Position numbers and translations under genes: made by a program | Shown here: positions 26,126 to 37,264 of the stretch, one piece after another | How positions within the stretch are numbered: position 1 is the first letter of the stretch | Layout of the letters: each line of letters begins with the position of its first letter | Assembly (NCBI GenBank): GCA_944392135.1 | Contig: CALXVQ010000001.1 | Location: 5,359 to 69,358 of the forward strand | Direction of reading: 5' to 3' | DNA length: 64,000 bases | Origin: an uncultured Rickettsiales bacterium | GTDB taxonomy: Bacteria > Pseudomonadota > Alphaproteobacteria > Rickettsiales > UBA1997 | Notes under the pieces: model-generated | Told to the model about the DNA's origin: nothing | What the model saw: only the letters and a program-made list of their open reading frames with translations | Database searches by the model: none

Positions 26126-27649
26126 TTATTCTTCTTCATCAAAATTTAGCATTATTTGTTTTTTTGTCTTACTTTTATCAGCAATACTTATTATGCTATT
26201 AGCAGTAGATAAAATATTTCCTTTTCCTGTTGAAATGTATTTACTTGCTTCTTCATAAGAAGTTTGAGCTGTTTTTAAGCTATTACCAATTTTTCCCATA
26301 TATTCTGTAAATTTTTCAATTTTGCCATACATTCTTTTTGATAAATCAATAATATTAGCAATATATTTATTTTGATTTTCCATATTCCATAAATGCTCAA
26401 TCATTCTCAAAACCGGCATAAATGAAGAGCTTGTGACTAATGCTACTTTATTATCGGATGCAAACTTAAATAAACTATTATCAAATTTTATAGCATCAAT
26501 ATAAGCACCTTCAATTGCTACAAACATGAAAACAAAATCAGGTGTATCTTTTGCAAATTTTTTATTATATTCTTTATATACATTTTGATATTCTTTGCTT
26601 CCTAAAATTTTAATATGTTTTTTAATATCTTCACAATATAAAGCTAAATACTTTCTCTTTTCTTCTTGTGTGTTAGCGGATATATATTTATCATAATTTA
26701 CCATAGAAACTTTTGAGTCAGCAATTAAAATTCTGTCCTCTGGTAATTTTATTAAAAAATCTATATAAAAATTATCACCATTGTCATTTTTAATATTATA
26801 TTGTTTAAAAAAACTAATTCCTTCTTCTAAACCTGACATTTCAAAAAGATTTTGTAATTGCAACTCTCCCCAATTTCCTTGTGCTTTTTTATCACCCTTT
26901 AATGCAGTGGCTAGATTATCAGCTTTCTTTCCAATATCATTAGTAGTATTGAGAAGATTTTTAATATTTTCTTCAATTTTGACAGTATTTGTGTTATTAG
27001 TGTCTTGTACTTGTTGTATTTTATCTTTAAATTCTTTTATATCTTTATTTAATGGAGCTAATAAATGATCTAAACTTTCATTTTGTTCTTTGCTAAATGT
27101 TTCTTTTTGTTCTTTAATAATTTCATTAGAAATTATTTTAAATTCATTTTTTATTTGTTTTTCTAATTCTATTAAATCTGCAATTTTTTTCTTTTCGCCT
27201 TCTAATTTAATAGAATTTTCTTTATTTTCTATTTCAACCTTTTTTAATTTTTCTTCAAGTTCTATTTTTATTTTATTTTCTTCTTTTAATCTTTCATTTT
27301 CGCCATTTAAAAAACTATTTTTACTTTTTAATTCAGTTATAGCATCATCTTTATTCTTAATTATACCTTCTAAATCATTATTTCTTTCATTTATTTCTTT
27401 TAATTTATTTAATAATGTCTTATGTTCACCTTGTAATGTAGCATATTGTATTTGACAATCTAACAATTCTTTTTCTTTAATTTTATATTCATCAGATAAT
27501 TCTGGGTTTTGTGTATTATTTTGCTTATATATTAAAATACAAGTAATACTTAAAATAGAACATAAAATACTTAAAATTACAATAGCAAAGGTCATATTAA
27601 TTAATTTAGTTGTTTTAATAAAAATTAATATATTTATTTTTAATTGCAA
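26126..27649 (-). CDS. rmuC: DNA recombination protein RmuC
   Basis: N-terminal TM, long coiled-coil, C-terminal RmuC nuclease-like domain (GNWGELQLQNLFE...DFLIKLPEDRILIADSK...FVFMFV). A likelier start is the ATG at 27595 (MTFAIVIL). Confidence 0.8.
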   Translation of the reverse strand: MQLKINILIFIKTTKLINMTFAIVILSILCSILSITCILIYKQNNTQNPELSDEYKIKEKELLDCQIQYATLQGEHKTLLNKLKEINERNNDLEGIIKNKDDAITELKSKNSFLNGENERLKEENKIKIELEEKLKKVEIENKENSIKLEGEKKKIADLIELEKQIKNEFKIISNEIIKEQKETFSKEQNESLDHLLAPLNKDIKEFKDKIQQVQDTNNTNTVKIEENIKNLLNTTNDIGKKADNLATALKGDKKAQGNWGELQLQNLFEMSGLEEGISFFKQYNIKNDNGDNFYIDFLIKLPEDRILIADSKVSMVNYDKYISANTQEEKRKYLALYCEDIKKHIKILGSKEYQNVYKEYNKKFAKDTPDFVFMFVAIEGAYIDAIKFDNSLFKFASDNKVALVTSSSFMPVLRMIEHLWNMENQNKYIANIIDLSKRMYGKIEKFTEYMGKIGNSLKTAQTSYEEASKYISTGKGNILSTANSIISIADKSKTKKQIMLNFDEEE

Positions 27650-27734
27650 TAAAAATACAACATAATTATTTATTAAATTGTATTTATTTTATTAATTTTA
27701 ATAATATTTTTATTTTATTGCAAATAATGATAAA

Positions 27735-28925
27735 TAGAGTAGGGCAAATTCTTTTGTTTTTTTGTTTTTGTTTTTTTATTGGTAGTGAATTCTTTTGTTT
27801 TTCTGTTTTTATATTGACTTTTTGCGGATTAGGGGCTTACCTCCCTTTGTAAGGGGGGAAGTTGCGAAGCAACAGGGGGGTTGAGAAAAAATTGAAAATT
27901 GAAAATTGAAAATTGAAAATTAATACATAAGAAATTGAAAATTGAAGCACAAAGTGGGAAAATGATAATACTTGCATAATCATTTTAGCTTGTTGTCCCA
28001 CGAAGTGCGAAACGAACGAAGTGAGGATTAAAATTAAAAATTAATACTTCATTTGAAATTAATTCTTTGGTTTATTAAATAATAGTGAATTCTTTTATTT
28101 TCTATTTTTATATTAACTATTAGTGGTTTGTGGTTTGCTTCGTTATTTTACTTCGGATAATAATGAATAGGGCGAATGGTGGTGATTTCTTTTTCTTTTC
28201 TGTGAATGAATAAAATAATAGTCGTTTGTGGATTGCCACAGGCCTTCGGCCTTCGCAATGACGAAAAGTGGTGAGTAGTGGTTTATGGTGGCTTACCTCC
28301 CTTTGTAAGGGGGGAAGTTGCGAAGCAACAGGGGGGTGAGAGAGAAATTAAAAATTAAAAATTGAAAATTAATACATAAGAAATTAAAAATTGAAGCACA
28401 AAGTGGAAAAATGATATGCTTGCATAATCATTTTAGCTTGTCGTCCCACGAAGTGCGAAACAAACGAAGCATAAGAAATTGAAAATTGAAAATTGAAAAT
28501 TGAAAAATAGTTCTTTGACTTGATAAATAATAGTGAATTCTTTTATTTTCTGTTTTTGTATTTATTATTAGTGGTTGTGGATTGCCACAGGCCTTCGGCC
28601 TTCGCAATGACGAAGGGGGTAAAGGGTGATTAATCCTTTTGTTTTTCTGTGAATAAATAAAAGACTAGTGGTTATGGATTGCTTTGTCGTTTCACTCCTT
28701 GCAATGACAAAGGGGGATGGTTGTGGATTGCTTCGCTCCGCTCGCAATGATGAAGGGGTAAAGGGTAGTATTCATAAACTCGTCATTGCGAGAGTTCGTA
28801 GAACTCGTGGCAATCTCGTTATTCTTGGCTTGTCATTGCGAGAACCGAAGGTTCGTGGCAATCTCGTTATGGCAACAGCCACACCCAACCCGCACTGTCA
28901 TTGCGATGGCTTGAAAAGCCTGTGA
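27735..28925. repeat. intergenic array 4 of hairpin modules, inverted C-rich boxes, heptamer tracts and a duplicated ~100-nt unit
   Basis: C-rich boxes (reverse orientation) at 27832-27893 and about 28290-28345. Modules at about 28229, 28578, 28676, 28724, 28781, 28832 and 28896. The ~100-nt unit is at 27921-28020 and 28370-28470. Confidence 0.9.
27892..27919. repeat. (TTGAAAA)x4 heptamer microsatellite (reverse orientation of TTTTCAA)
   Basis: Four perfect tandem units. A further four-unit tract lies at 28479-28506. Confidence 0.9.
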
Positions 28926-29009
28926 TAATCTATAAAAAAGTAAAAAGTATCATTATTGAAAAAATTAAAAATGTAACACTATCACATTATTATTACAAAA
29001 TATAATGTA

Positions 29010-29041
29010 ATTTAATAAAAACCCACCAGTAATTGGTGGGT
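29010..29041 (-). terminator. rho-independent terminator after tkt
   Basis: ACCCACCA / TGGTGGGT 8-bp stem (29021-29028 / 29033-29040). On the minus strand it is followed by TTTTTATT. Confidence 0.65.
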
Positions 29042-29074
29042 TGTTATATTTTGCATTATAACATATATAAGTTA

Positions 29075-31066
29075 TTATTTACCTAACTTTTTGAAAATCT
29101 TTTCAGCAATTTTTTCGGAAGTTAAGCCATAATAATCATAGATTTGATTAGCAGGTGCTGACATACCAAAACTATTTTCAGGTGTACCGAAGAATAAACC
29201 ATTGTTGCCAATGTATTTACACCAACCCATTGAAGAACCAGCTTCAATAGCAACTTTTAAAGTTGTGTCATCACCTAAAACTGATTTTTTATAGTTTTCA
29301 TCTTGTTTTTCAAATAATTCCCAACAAGGAGCAGAAACAACTTTTACTTTTAGATTTTTGATTTCTAAAACAGCTTTTGTTTCCATAGCTAAATCAACTT
29401 CTGTACCTGTTGCGATAATTATTACATCAGCTTTACCATCACATTCATCAAATACATACATACCTTTCTTTGATTGATTTTCTGCACTTTCTTTTGAATA
29501 GAATTTTACATTTTGTCTTGAAAGTACCATAGCACTTGGAGTTTTATTTTCTTCTAATGCTAATTCGTAACATTCTATTGTTTCTTGAATGTTGCATGGT
29601 CTAAACACATTTAAGTTAGGTGTAGCTCTTAAAGATGCTAAATGTTCTATTGGTTGATGTGTAGGACCATCTTCACCTAAACCTATTGAATCATGTGTTA
29701 AAACATAAATTACTGGCAATTTCATTAAGGCAGATAATCTAATAGCTGGTTTTTCATAATCAGCAAAGCAGAAGAATGTTCCACCATATGGAATAAAACC
29801 CCCATGTAAATACATACCATTCATTATAGCGCCCATAGCATGCTCTCTAACACCATAATTTATATATCTTCCATTAAAATTATCTTTTTTAATAGATTCT
29901 TTTGTAGATGATGTTTGAGTTAAAACAGAACCTGTTAAGTCGGCACTTCCACCTATTAAACTAGGTATTGCTTCTGTTAAAACTTCCAATACTCTATTGG
30001 ATGATTTTCTTGTAGCTTCACTTGGTTTTTCTTTAAACATATCAGCTTTGAATTTAGCCAATTTTTCTTTCCAACCATTAGGCAATTTGCCATTTATTAA
30101 GTCTAAAAATTCATTTTTCTTTGAAGATGTAGCAACTCTATTATTCCATTCTGCTTCTTCACCAATATATTCAACACCAGCTTGATTCCACATTTCTAAT
30201 ATATTGCTAGGAACTTCAAAAGGTGGTAAAGCCCAACCTAAATTTTTCTTTAATTCTTCAAGATCTTCACCTTTGATTGGGGAGCCATGAACTTTATTTG
30301 TACCTTGTTTTGTAGAACCATAACCAATTATAGTTTTAAAATCTATAAATACAGGTTGTGTTGAATTTTTTGCATTATCAAATGCACTTCTAATTGATTC
30401 ATAATCGTGGCCATCAGCTTGAATATATTTAAAGCCATTGCTTTCCATTCTCATTTTCATATTTTCTGTTCTAGCTACATCAGTAGAACCATCAATTGTT
30501 ATGGAGTTGTTGTCCCACATAACAATTAAATTATCAAGATTTAAGTGACCGGCAATATTTAATGCTTCATAACTTATGCCTTCCATTAAACAGCCATCAC
30601 CAACCATACAATATATTTTATGATTAACTAAATCATCACCATATCTAGCATTCATCATTTTTTCAGCAATAGCCATACCAACAGCATTTGCAACACCTTG
30701 TCCTAATGGGCCGGTTGTTGTTTCAATGCCTTGTAAATAACCATATTCAGGGTGTCCTGCTGTTTTTGACTTAAATTGTCTAAAATTTTTAATGTCTTCT
30801 ATATTTATATCATTATAACCTGTTAAATATAATAAAGAATAAAGTAAAGCAGAACCATGGCCAGCTGACAATATAAATCTATCTCTATCAAACCATTTAG
30901 GACTTTTTGCATTATATTTTAAAACTTCACTAAATAGAACGGTAGCAACATCAGCAAAACCAAGTGGTAAACCAGGGTGTCCTGAATTAGCTTTTGCAAC
31001 CATATCTACGGATAAAACTCTAACAGCAGTAGCCATTTGTTTCAATTCTTCTAGACTTTTTTTCAT
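29075..31066 (-). CDS. tkt: transketolase
   Basis: 663 aa. Contains SGHPGLPLGFADVATVLF, GDGCLMEGISYEA and THDSIGLGEDGPTHQPIEHLASLRA. Confidence 0.95.
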   Translation of the reverse strand: MKKSLEELKQMATAVRVLSVDMVAKANSGHPGLPLGFADVATVLFSEVLKYNAKSPKWFDRDRFILSAGHGSALLYSLLYLTGYNDINIEDIKNFRQFKSKTAGHPEYGYLQGIETTTGPLGQGVANAVGMAIAEKMMNARYGDDLVNHKIYCMVGDGCLMEGISYEALNIAGHLNLDNLIVMWDNNSITIDGSTDVARTENMKMRMESNGFKYIQADGHDYESIRSAFDNAKNSTQPVFIDFKTIIGYGSTKQGTNKVHGSPIKGEDLEELKKNLGWALPPFEVPSNILEMWNQAGVEYIGEEAEWNNRVATSSKKNEFLDLINGKLPNGWKEKLAKFKADMFKEKPSEATRKSSNRVLEVLTEAIPSLIGGSADLTGSVLTQTSSTKESIKKDNFNGRYINYGVREHAMGAIMNGMYLHGGFIPYGGTFFCFADYEKPAIRLSALMKLPVIYVLTHDSIGLGEDGPTHQPIEHLASLRATPNLNVFRPCNIQETIECYELALEENKTPSAMVLSRQNVKFYSKESAENQSKKGMYVFDECDGKADVIIIATGTEVDLAMETKAVLEIKNLKVKVVSAPCWELFEKQDENYKKSVLGDDTTLKVAIEAGSSMGWCKYIGNNGLFFGTPENSFGMSAPANQIYDYYGLTSEKIAEKIFKKLGK

Positions 31067-31152
31067 AAGAATTTATTAATAGTTAAACTGCTTATAGATT
31101 ATAATTATTGTTTTGAATTATCAAGAATTTTCTATTTAAAATAAAAAGACAA

Positions 31153-31749
31153 TTAAAATTCTTTTTTGTTTTTGAAAGCTATGTCTAATGTACTTTCATC
31201 TAAATAATTAAATTCACTACCAAGTGGTATGCCATATGCAGGTTTTGTAATTTTTAAATTAAAATCTTTTAAAACATCAGCAATATAAAAAGCTGTTGTT
31301 TGTCCTTCAATTGTTGGGTTGGTAGCAATAATAACTTCTTTTATATTTTGAGCATTTCTAATTTTATTTAGTAGACCTTCAACATTTATATCATTAGGCC
31401 CTCTTCCTTCTGTTGCAGATAGTGTACCACCAAGAATATGATATTGTCCTTTATATATCATTGTATTTTCAATAGCCCATAAATCAGCAACATTTTCAAC
31501 AACACAAATAATTTCTTTATTTCTTGTTTCGTCAGCACAAATATCACAAATTTCATCAGTAGTTAAGTTGCCGCAAATAGGACAATGTTTAATTTTTGTA
31601 TAGCCTTCATCCATAGCATTTAGCAATGGAGCCATTATATTTTCTTTATTATTTAATAGATATAAGACGACTCTTCTTGCAGATCTAGGACCCAAAGAAG
31701 GTAATTTTGAAAAAAGTTTTACTAAGTCGTCTAATATCTTATTTTGCAT
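31153..31749 (-). CDS. recR: recombination protein RecR
   Basis: LPSLGPRSARRVVLYLL, C4 zinc finger CPICGNL...CDIC, Toprim domain. Confidence 0.92.
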   Translation of the reverse strand: MQNKILDDLVKLFSKLPSLGPRSARRVVLYLLNNKENIMAPLLNAMDEGYTKIKHCPICGNLTTDEICDICADETRNKEIICVVENVADLWAIENTMIYKGQYHILGGTLSATEGRGPNDINVEGLLNKIRNAQNIKEVIIATNPTIEGQTTAFYIADVLKDFNLKITKPAYGIPLGSEFNYLDESTLDIAFKNKKEF

Positions 31750-31761
31750 TAATGATGAAAA

Positions 31762-32853
31762 TTATTTTTTATTTCCAATGTATTCATTTCCAACATAAAT
31801 ACCTAATGATTTAGCTGTTTTTAATAAGAAATCATCTTCTAAAACTGGCCTATTACCACTTTTTACAGCATCATACAAATCTATATCGGTTATTTTTCCA
31901 TCCTTTAAGATAACTATTCTTTGATTTTTGCCTTCTAATAAAATATCAATAGCATGTACACCAAACTCAGAAGCAATAATTCTGTCATAAGCTGTTGGAG
32001 TACCACCTCTTTGTACATGTCCTAAAATGGTTGTTCTATTTAAATATCCTTTCTTTTCTAATTCAGCAGAAATATAATTTCCAAAGCCTGTATAACAAGA
32101 AACACCACATTTATCAACAACAGCATTTTTTCCATCAACCATTTTACAACCTTCGGAAACAACTATTAAAGCATAATCAATGCCACTCTTTTTTGTTTCA
32201 TCTATTTTTTTACAAACACTATCTATATCATATGACATTTCAGGAATTAGACAAACACAAGCCTCACCGGCAATGGCTGTATCTAATGCTAAATGTCCAG
32301 CATCTCTTCCCATAACTTCCATAATCATTGTTCTATTATGACTGTAAGCTGTTGTTTGTAATCTATCCATAGCTTCCATTGTAACATTTCTGGCTGTATC
32401 AAAACCAACAGAATATTCCGTAACAGGTGTATCATTATCAATAGTTTTTGGAATACAAATAACATTAATATCTGTACCTTCAATCAATTCAGAAACAATC
32501 ATTGCACTTCCATCACCACCAATAACTACTAATGAATCAAGCCCTAATTCTTCAATACCTTTTTTGAAAGAATCTTTATTTTTTTGAGCAACTTTTGTCA
32601 TACCACCATCTCTATTTTTACTTCTAAGAATGGTACCACCAGTTCTCATACAAGAAAAATTGTTTTGTAAGTCTTTTAATTCAAGTTTTGTATATTTTAA
32701 ATCAGGGTAAAATAAACCATCTGTACCATTATAAATACCATAAACTTCAATGCCTTTTTCAGCACAAGCTCTAACAACAGAATTTATAATAGCATTTAAA
32801 CCAGAACAATCACCACCTGATGTAAGTACACCAATTCTTTTAATCTTTTTCAT
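31762..32853 (-). CDS. pfkA: ATP-dependent 6-phosphofructokinase
   Basis: IGVLTSGGDCSGLNAIINSVV, VIGGDGS, PKTIDND, MGRDAGHLAL, LGHVQRGG. Confidence 0.9.
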   Translation of the reverse strand: MKKIKRIGVLTSGGDCSGLNAIINSVVRACAEKGIEVYGIYNGTDGLFYPDLKYTKLELKDLQNNFSCMRTGGTILRSKNRDGGMTKVAQKNKDSFKKGIEELGLDSLVVIGGDGSAMIVSELIEGTDINVICIPKTIDNDTPVTEYSVGFDTARNVTMEAMDRLQTTAYSHNRTMIMEVMGRDAGHLALDTAIAGEACVCLIPEMSYDIDSVCKKIDETKKSGIDYALIVVSEGCKMVDGKNAVVDKCGVSCYTGFGNYISAELEKKGYLNRTTILGHVQRGGTPTAYDRIIASEFGVHAIDILLEGKNQRIVILKDGKITDIDLYDAVKSGNRPVLEDDFLLKTAKSLGIYVGNEYIGNKK

Positions 32854-33006
32854 ATTTTTGTAAAAATAATTATTTTTATAACAAACAATATATTATATAT
32901 TTTACAAAAAAGTCAATAATTTATTTTATTTTCTTAAAGACTTTTTATCCTTGAAAAATAAATAATATTTTATATTATTATTGTATTAATAATACTTTTA
33001 TTTGTT

Positions 33007-34350
33007 ATGAAAAACTTTTTAGTTCTTATAATTTTCTTTTTAATTTCTCATAATGTTTTTGCTAATATTATTATTACTAATTATGATGAAAAAGTTGCAT
33101 TTACTAATTATGGAAGAGAAGTTGAAACCAGGGTTAAGATTAAAGTTCAATTTGATGATGTTAATAAATATTTTAAAGAATGGAAATATATTTTTGATGA
33201 AAGTTTAGATGTTGAAGTAATAGATTCAAAAGTTATAGGAAAAAAATATACCACAAATTTTAATAAAAATAACAATGAGCTATCTTTTAAATTTGATAAT
33301 GCTGTAAATGGAAATTTATTAGAATTTATATTTAAATATAAAATAGAAAATAAAACTCAATTACAATATATTAGAAGTGAGTTTGTATCTATACCTTCAT
33401 TTGCAAAAGGTGCTAATGGAACATTGACTGTTATGATACCTAGAAATCTTGCAGTATATTCTTTAAATAGAAAATTTATACAAAATGGAAATATTTATAC
33501 ATGGAAAGGTATTGTTCCACAAGGTGGCTTTACTGATTTCTTTTATCTTACATTAAAAAAGGCAAAATGGCAAGTAGAATTATTAAGTGAAATAGTTGCA
33601 AATGACAATATATCAAATCTTGATATGATAATTCCATTATATTTTAAAAATGGTAATAATAATATAGATTATTACAAGGTTGAAACTAATTATCCAGAAA
33701 CTTATGTTTCAATCAAAGAAAATAATGATTCTATTGAAGCTTCATTTAATAATATTAATAATAGATTTTTTCAATTAAAGGTTAATGCAATCTTAAATAA
33801 TGATTATGACAATAGAGTATGGATAAAACTACGACCACAAGATTATTTAAGTATAGATAGAAACTTAGCATATAAATTAAAAAATTTAGCATATCAAATA
33901 ATTTCAAATTCAAAACAAGATGAATTATTTTATGTTCTATTAGCTCAATGGGTACATGAAAATATAGAGTATGATTTGAATTATCTTGGTAAAGACATGA
34001 CAACGGAAGAGATTTTACAAACAAAAAGAGGAGTTTGTATTCATTATGCACAATTATATAATGATTTATTAAGAAGTTATGGTATACCATCTGTTGTTGT
34101 TTCTGGTATTAGTTATAATATTGATGAAAATAAATTTGAAAATCATGCTTGGAATTTAGTATATACAAATGGCGATTGGAGAGCAATAGATTCTACTTGG
34201 GGAATTTATTCAGGAGTGTTGCCAGTATCTCATATTTTCTTATATTTCGAAAATAGGCCAGCCATCAAATATAGTTTATATGGTAAACCTACACTAAACC
34301 TACAAAGTAATATTCAAAAGAATGTAAAATTTATTAATGAGTCTTATTAG
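33007..34350 (+). CDS. secreted transglutaminase-like cysteine protease domain protein
   Basis: Signal peptide. Cys-His-Asp core: KRGVCIHYAQLYNDLLRSYGIP...NHAWNLVY...WRAIDSTW. Confidence 0.7.
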   Translation: MKNFLVLIIFFLISHNVFANIIITNYDEKVAFTNYGREVETRVKIKVQFDDVNKYFKEWKYIFDESLDVEVIDSKVIGKKYTTNFNKNNNELSFKFDNAVNGNLLEFIFKYKIENKTQLQYIRSEFVSIPSFAKGANGTLTVMIPRNLAVYSLNRKFIQNGNIYTWKGIVPQGGFTDFFYLTLKKAKWQVELLSEIVANDNISNLDMIIPLYFKNGNNNIDYYKVETNYPETYVSIKENNDSIEASFNNINNRFFQLKVNAILNNDYDNRVWIKLRPQDYLSIDRNLAYKLKNLAYQIISNSKQDELFYVLLAQWVHENIEYDLNYLGKDMTTEEILQTKRGVCIHYAQLYNDLLRSYGIPSVVVSGISYNIDENKFENHAWNLVYTNGDWRAIDSTWGIYSGVLPVSHIFLYFENRPAIKYSLYGKPTLNLQSNIQKNVKFINESY

Positions 34351-35797
34351 TTAAAATAAAATCAACTATTATACCATTTAGCAAAACTAATATTGCAAAT
34401 ACAATAACTAATGTAAATTGAATTTTATGACTAAGTGATGTCTTACCATCTTTAAGTTTTTCAATTATGCTTGCTACTGTATTTTTATCAAGAGTCTTTT
34501 TTCTTAAAATAATAATAATATGTGTAAAATATAAAGCCAATAAAATAAATAATTCAATTAAATTAAATAAATACAAGATATTAAAATTATTAAAATCTAG
34601 TGTTAAAAAAGAAAAGAAATTTACAAATACAGGCAAAAAAGATGCTATCATATAAGCATTAATTTTTGCTTTTGAATATTTATATACTGTTCCTGTACTT
34701 GTTGTATTTAATCTTAATAATTCAAATAATATTTCAGCATAAGAAAGAATACTAATGGTAATTGCAAATATCATTAATAAAAAATTTACAAATAATCTAA
34801 TGATTTCATATTCAGTATTTAAAAATAAAAATTGAGAGAAAAATACCACAAAATTTATAAAACCAAATAATAATACAAATTTCACACCATTTTTTAAATA
34901 TTTTAAATTTAAAAATAGTAATAGGAAGAAGATTAATAATAAAAAATAACCAGTATAATAAAAATATAAACCAACATTACTTATTGTATTGTAAAACACA
35001 TAATATAAAATTTTAGTAAATAAAAAGGTATTAAAAACTACAAAAGGAAATACCAAAATAACTAACATTGGTAATAAATCTTCATAATAAAATTTTTCTT
35101 TAAAGATAAAATACAATGGACCAGATATATTTAGTAAAATTAATAAGAATAATACAATTAATAACCAAGATAAATTAATATCCTTTAATTTATCTATATT
35201 TTGAAATGTAAATAGATTGTCGCCATTATATATAAAATAAAATCCCATTATACACAAAAACAAAATATTTGAAACGAAACTTATTGTTAATGTAATAGAA
35301 TAATCTTTTCTAAAATCTTTTAAATCTGGATTAGTAATCAAAAAGTAAGAATAAATTAATATTAATGTATATAATAAAATACTTACAACAATATTATGTG
35401 AGAAAGCCAATAAAATATATATTACATATAAACAAGCTATTTGTTGGTTATATAAAACATATTTATCAGGTAATTTTAATAACTCAAAAGAGCTTTGAAA
35501 AATGCAATTCAAATAAAAAATCATAATAGATATAAATAAAGCAAAAGATAAATTAAATGGATCTGATGAAAATATAATTGGGACTTGTCGTGATAAAGAG
35601 AATAATTCTAAATAATTCACACCATTAATTAAATAGTAAAGTGATAGCCAAGTAATTAATAAAATTAATGAAAAAAATACAAAATTATTAATTTGTTTTT
35701 GTATAAAAAATTTGTTATTATTTATTAAGGCATTTAATAAGCCCAAAAATGGAAAACTTAAAACTAAAATAAACAAAAAATTATAAAAAAATTGCAT
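34334..35797 (-). CDS. polytopic membrane protein, degenerate NuoL/M/N-MrpA/D (proton antiporter) family (tentative)
   Basis: About 14 predicted TM helices. The segment SHNIVVSILLYTLILIYSYFLI...ITLTISFVSNILFLCIMGFYFIY aligns by eye to the antiporter-subunit core, but the usual Glu is not evident. Confidence 0.4.
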   Translation of the reverse strand: MQFFYNFLFILVLSFPFLGLLNALINNNKFFIQKQINNFVFFSLILLITWLSLYYLINGVNYLELFSLSRQVPIIFSSDPFNLSFALFISIMIFYLNCIFQSSFELLKLPDKYVLYNQQIACLYVIYILLAFSHNIVVSILLYTLILIYSYFLITNPDLKDFRKDYSITLTISFVSNILFLCIMGFYFIYNGDNLFTFQNIDKLKDINLSWLLIVLFLLILLNISGPLYFIFKEKFYYEDLLPMLVILVFPFVVFNTFLFTKILYYVFYNTISNVGLYFYYTGYFLLLIFFLLLFLNLKYLKNGVKFVLLFGFINFVVFFSQFLFLNTEYEIIRLFVNFLLMIFAITISILSYAEILFELLRLNTTSTGTVYKYSKAKINAYMIASFLPVFVNFFSFLTLDFNNFNILYLFNLIELFILLALYFTHIIIILRKKTLDKNTVASIIEKLKDGKTSLSHKIQFTLVIVFAILVLLNGIIVDFILTNKTH

Positions 35798-35802
35798 ATA
35801 AA

Positions 35803-37263
35803 TTACCTTAAATTAAAAAAATTAAATAAAATATTACTAATACTTCCTTCAAAAAATGAAATTAAAATTATTAAACCAAAAATCAACATTATAGCTAACA
35901 TATAGTTAGTTTTTATTGAAATTCTATTATCTAGAATTAAATATGGATGATTAGTATTACTACTTTCTTTATAAAAGATAAAATAATATCTGTTAAATAA
36001 TAAAATTAAACATATTTTTTCAACAAAAAATGGAATAAATAATAAATAATTTTTACTGATAATAACTGCTAATATATAATTCCAAGTTGAATTAAAACCA
36101 AAAGCAATAGGGAAACCAAGTTTTGATAGTAAAATAATATACATTATATATCTATATTTATAAAAAGAATACAGAATTGGTGTATCAGATCTTTTAAAAA
36201 TATATATTAATAGTGCTACAATTACATAAAACAAAAAATCAACTAATACATGATTAATTAAAAGTGAAAATATAGCAACAAAACTATATTCGTTATTCAT
36301 GCCAATCAAAATTAAAATATAACCAATCATTATTAGTGAAAAACTATAAATTGTTGGTAATAAATTTTTTCTATAAAATAATTTATAAGAATTATAAATG
36401 ATTAAACAAGAACCAAATAGAAACAATATAACATCAAAATAGTATCTTTCAAATATTATATATATATCAAATAATGAAAACAAAAATTTATATAATAAAT
36501 ATATACCTATGATAATATCAGAAAAAAGAATATTTATAAATAATAAATTAGCTACTTGTGAAGCCTTTGAAATACTATTGAAATAAAAATTAAATGAGAA
36601 AAATTTAAAAAATAATGCAATTATAAAAATAATTAGTGATAAATTATAGACATAATTATCTCTAATAATATCTAAATTATTAGCTATATAATCTATATTC
36701 GGTGTACCAAATGTAAAAAATACTATAAAAGTAAAGAACATAAAAAATATAGAGCCTAAAACCCCACTATTATAGTATTTATATGCTATTTTTGTAGAAT
36801 TGAGTTGTTTATAATCCGACATTAAATTATATAAACTAAAAGAATATAATTCTGTATAAATATATATATTAAAAATATTATTACTAGTTAATATACCACA
36901 AATAGCAAAATAATTTATTAAATATATAGCATAGAAAAAATTTAGTTTTTTAGTGTTAATTAAATTATCATCAAAAAACATAAATAAAATTAATTTTGTA
37001 AAAAATATTAATATTATAAATGATAAATTTGACAAATTAAGTCTATATTCGCCCATTAAAAATAATATATTATTATCAACTTCATTTTTAATGACATAAT
37101 TAGGTAATACTTCTGGTAATAAAAACAATGATAAACCTAATATGAATGATACTACACTAATGCCGATTATCATATTTGTAGATTTATGATTTTGCAATAT
37201 ATTAAGGCCGGAAAAAAATAACGGTATAAATAAAAAACAATAAGGTAAATTAATTATATCCAT
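35803..37263 (-). CDS. NuoN/ND2-MrpD-like antiporter-type membrane subunit (tentative)
   Basis: NIFNIYIYTELYSFSLYNLMSDYKQLNSTKIAYKYYNSGVLGSIFFMF matches the ND2/NuoN pattern (..lELqSL.lY.L.a....s.eA.lKYf.lG.l.S). LLSKLGFPIAFGFNSTW matches the conserved G.PP..GF..K region loosely. Confidence 0.5.
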   Translation of the reverse strand: MDIINLPYCFLFIPLFFSGLNILQNHKSTNMIIGISVVSFILGLSLFLLPEVLPNYVIKNEVDNNILFLMGEYRLNLSNLSFIILIFFTKLILFMFFDDNLINTKKLNFFYAIYLINYFAICGILTSNNIFNIYIYTELYSFSLYNLMSDYKQLNSTKIAYKYYNSGVLGSIFFMFFTFIVFFTFGTPNIDYIANNLDIIRDNYVYNLSLIIFIIALFFKFFSFNFYFNSISKASQVANLLFINILFSDIIIGIYLLYKFLFSLFDIYIIFERYYFDVILFLFGSCLIIYNSYKLFYRKNLLPTIYSFSLIMIGYILILIGMNNEYSFVAIFSLLINHVLVDFLFYVIVALLIYIFKRSDTPILYSFYKYRYIMYIILLSKLGFPIAFGFNSTWNYILAVIISKNYLLFIPFFVEKICLILLFNRYYFIFYKESSNTNHPYLILDNRISIKTNYMLAIMLIFGLIILISFFEGSISNILFNFFNLR

Positions 37264-37264
37264 A

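Noticed and set aside
26781-27455. Plus-strand ORFs 26781..27068 and 27090..27455
   Set aside because: They are antisense to the rmuC coiled-coil region. They are low-complexity Ser/Phe/Leu translations of AAG/GAA-rich coding sequence.
28668-28925. ORF 28668..28925
   Set aside because: It lies entirely within hairpin modules of array 4, so it is a spurious repeat translation.
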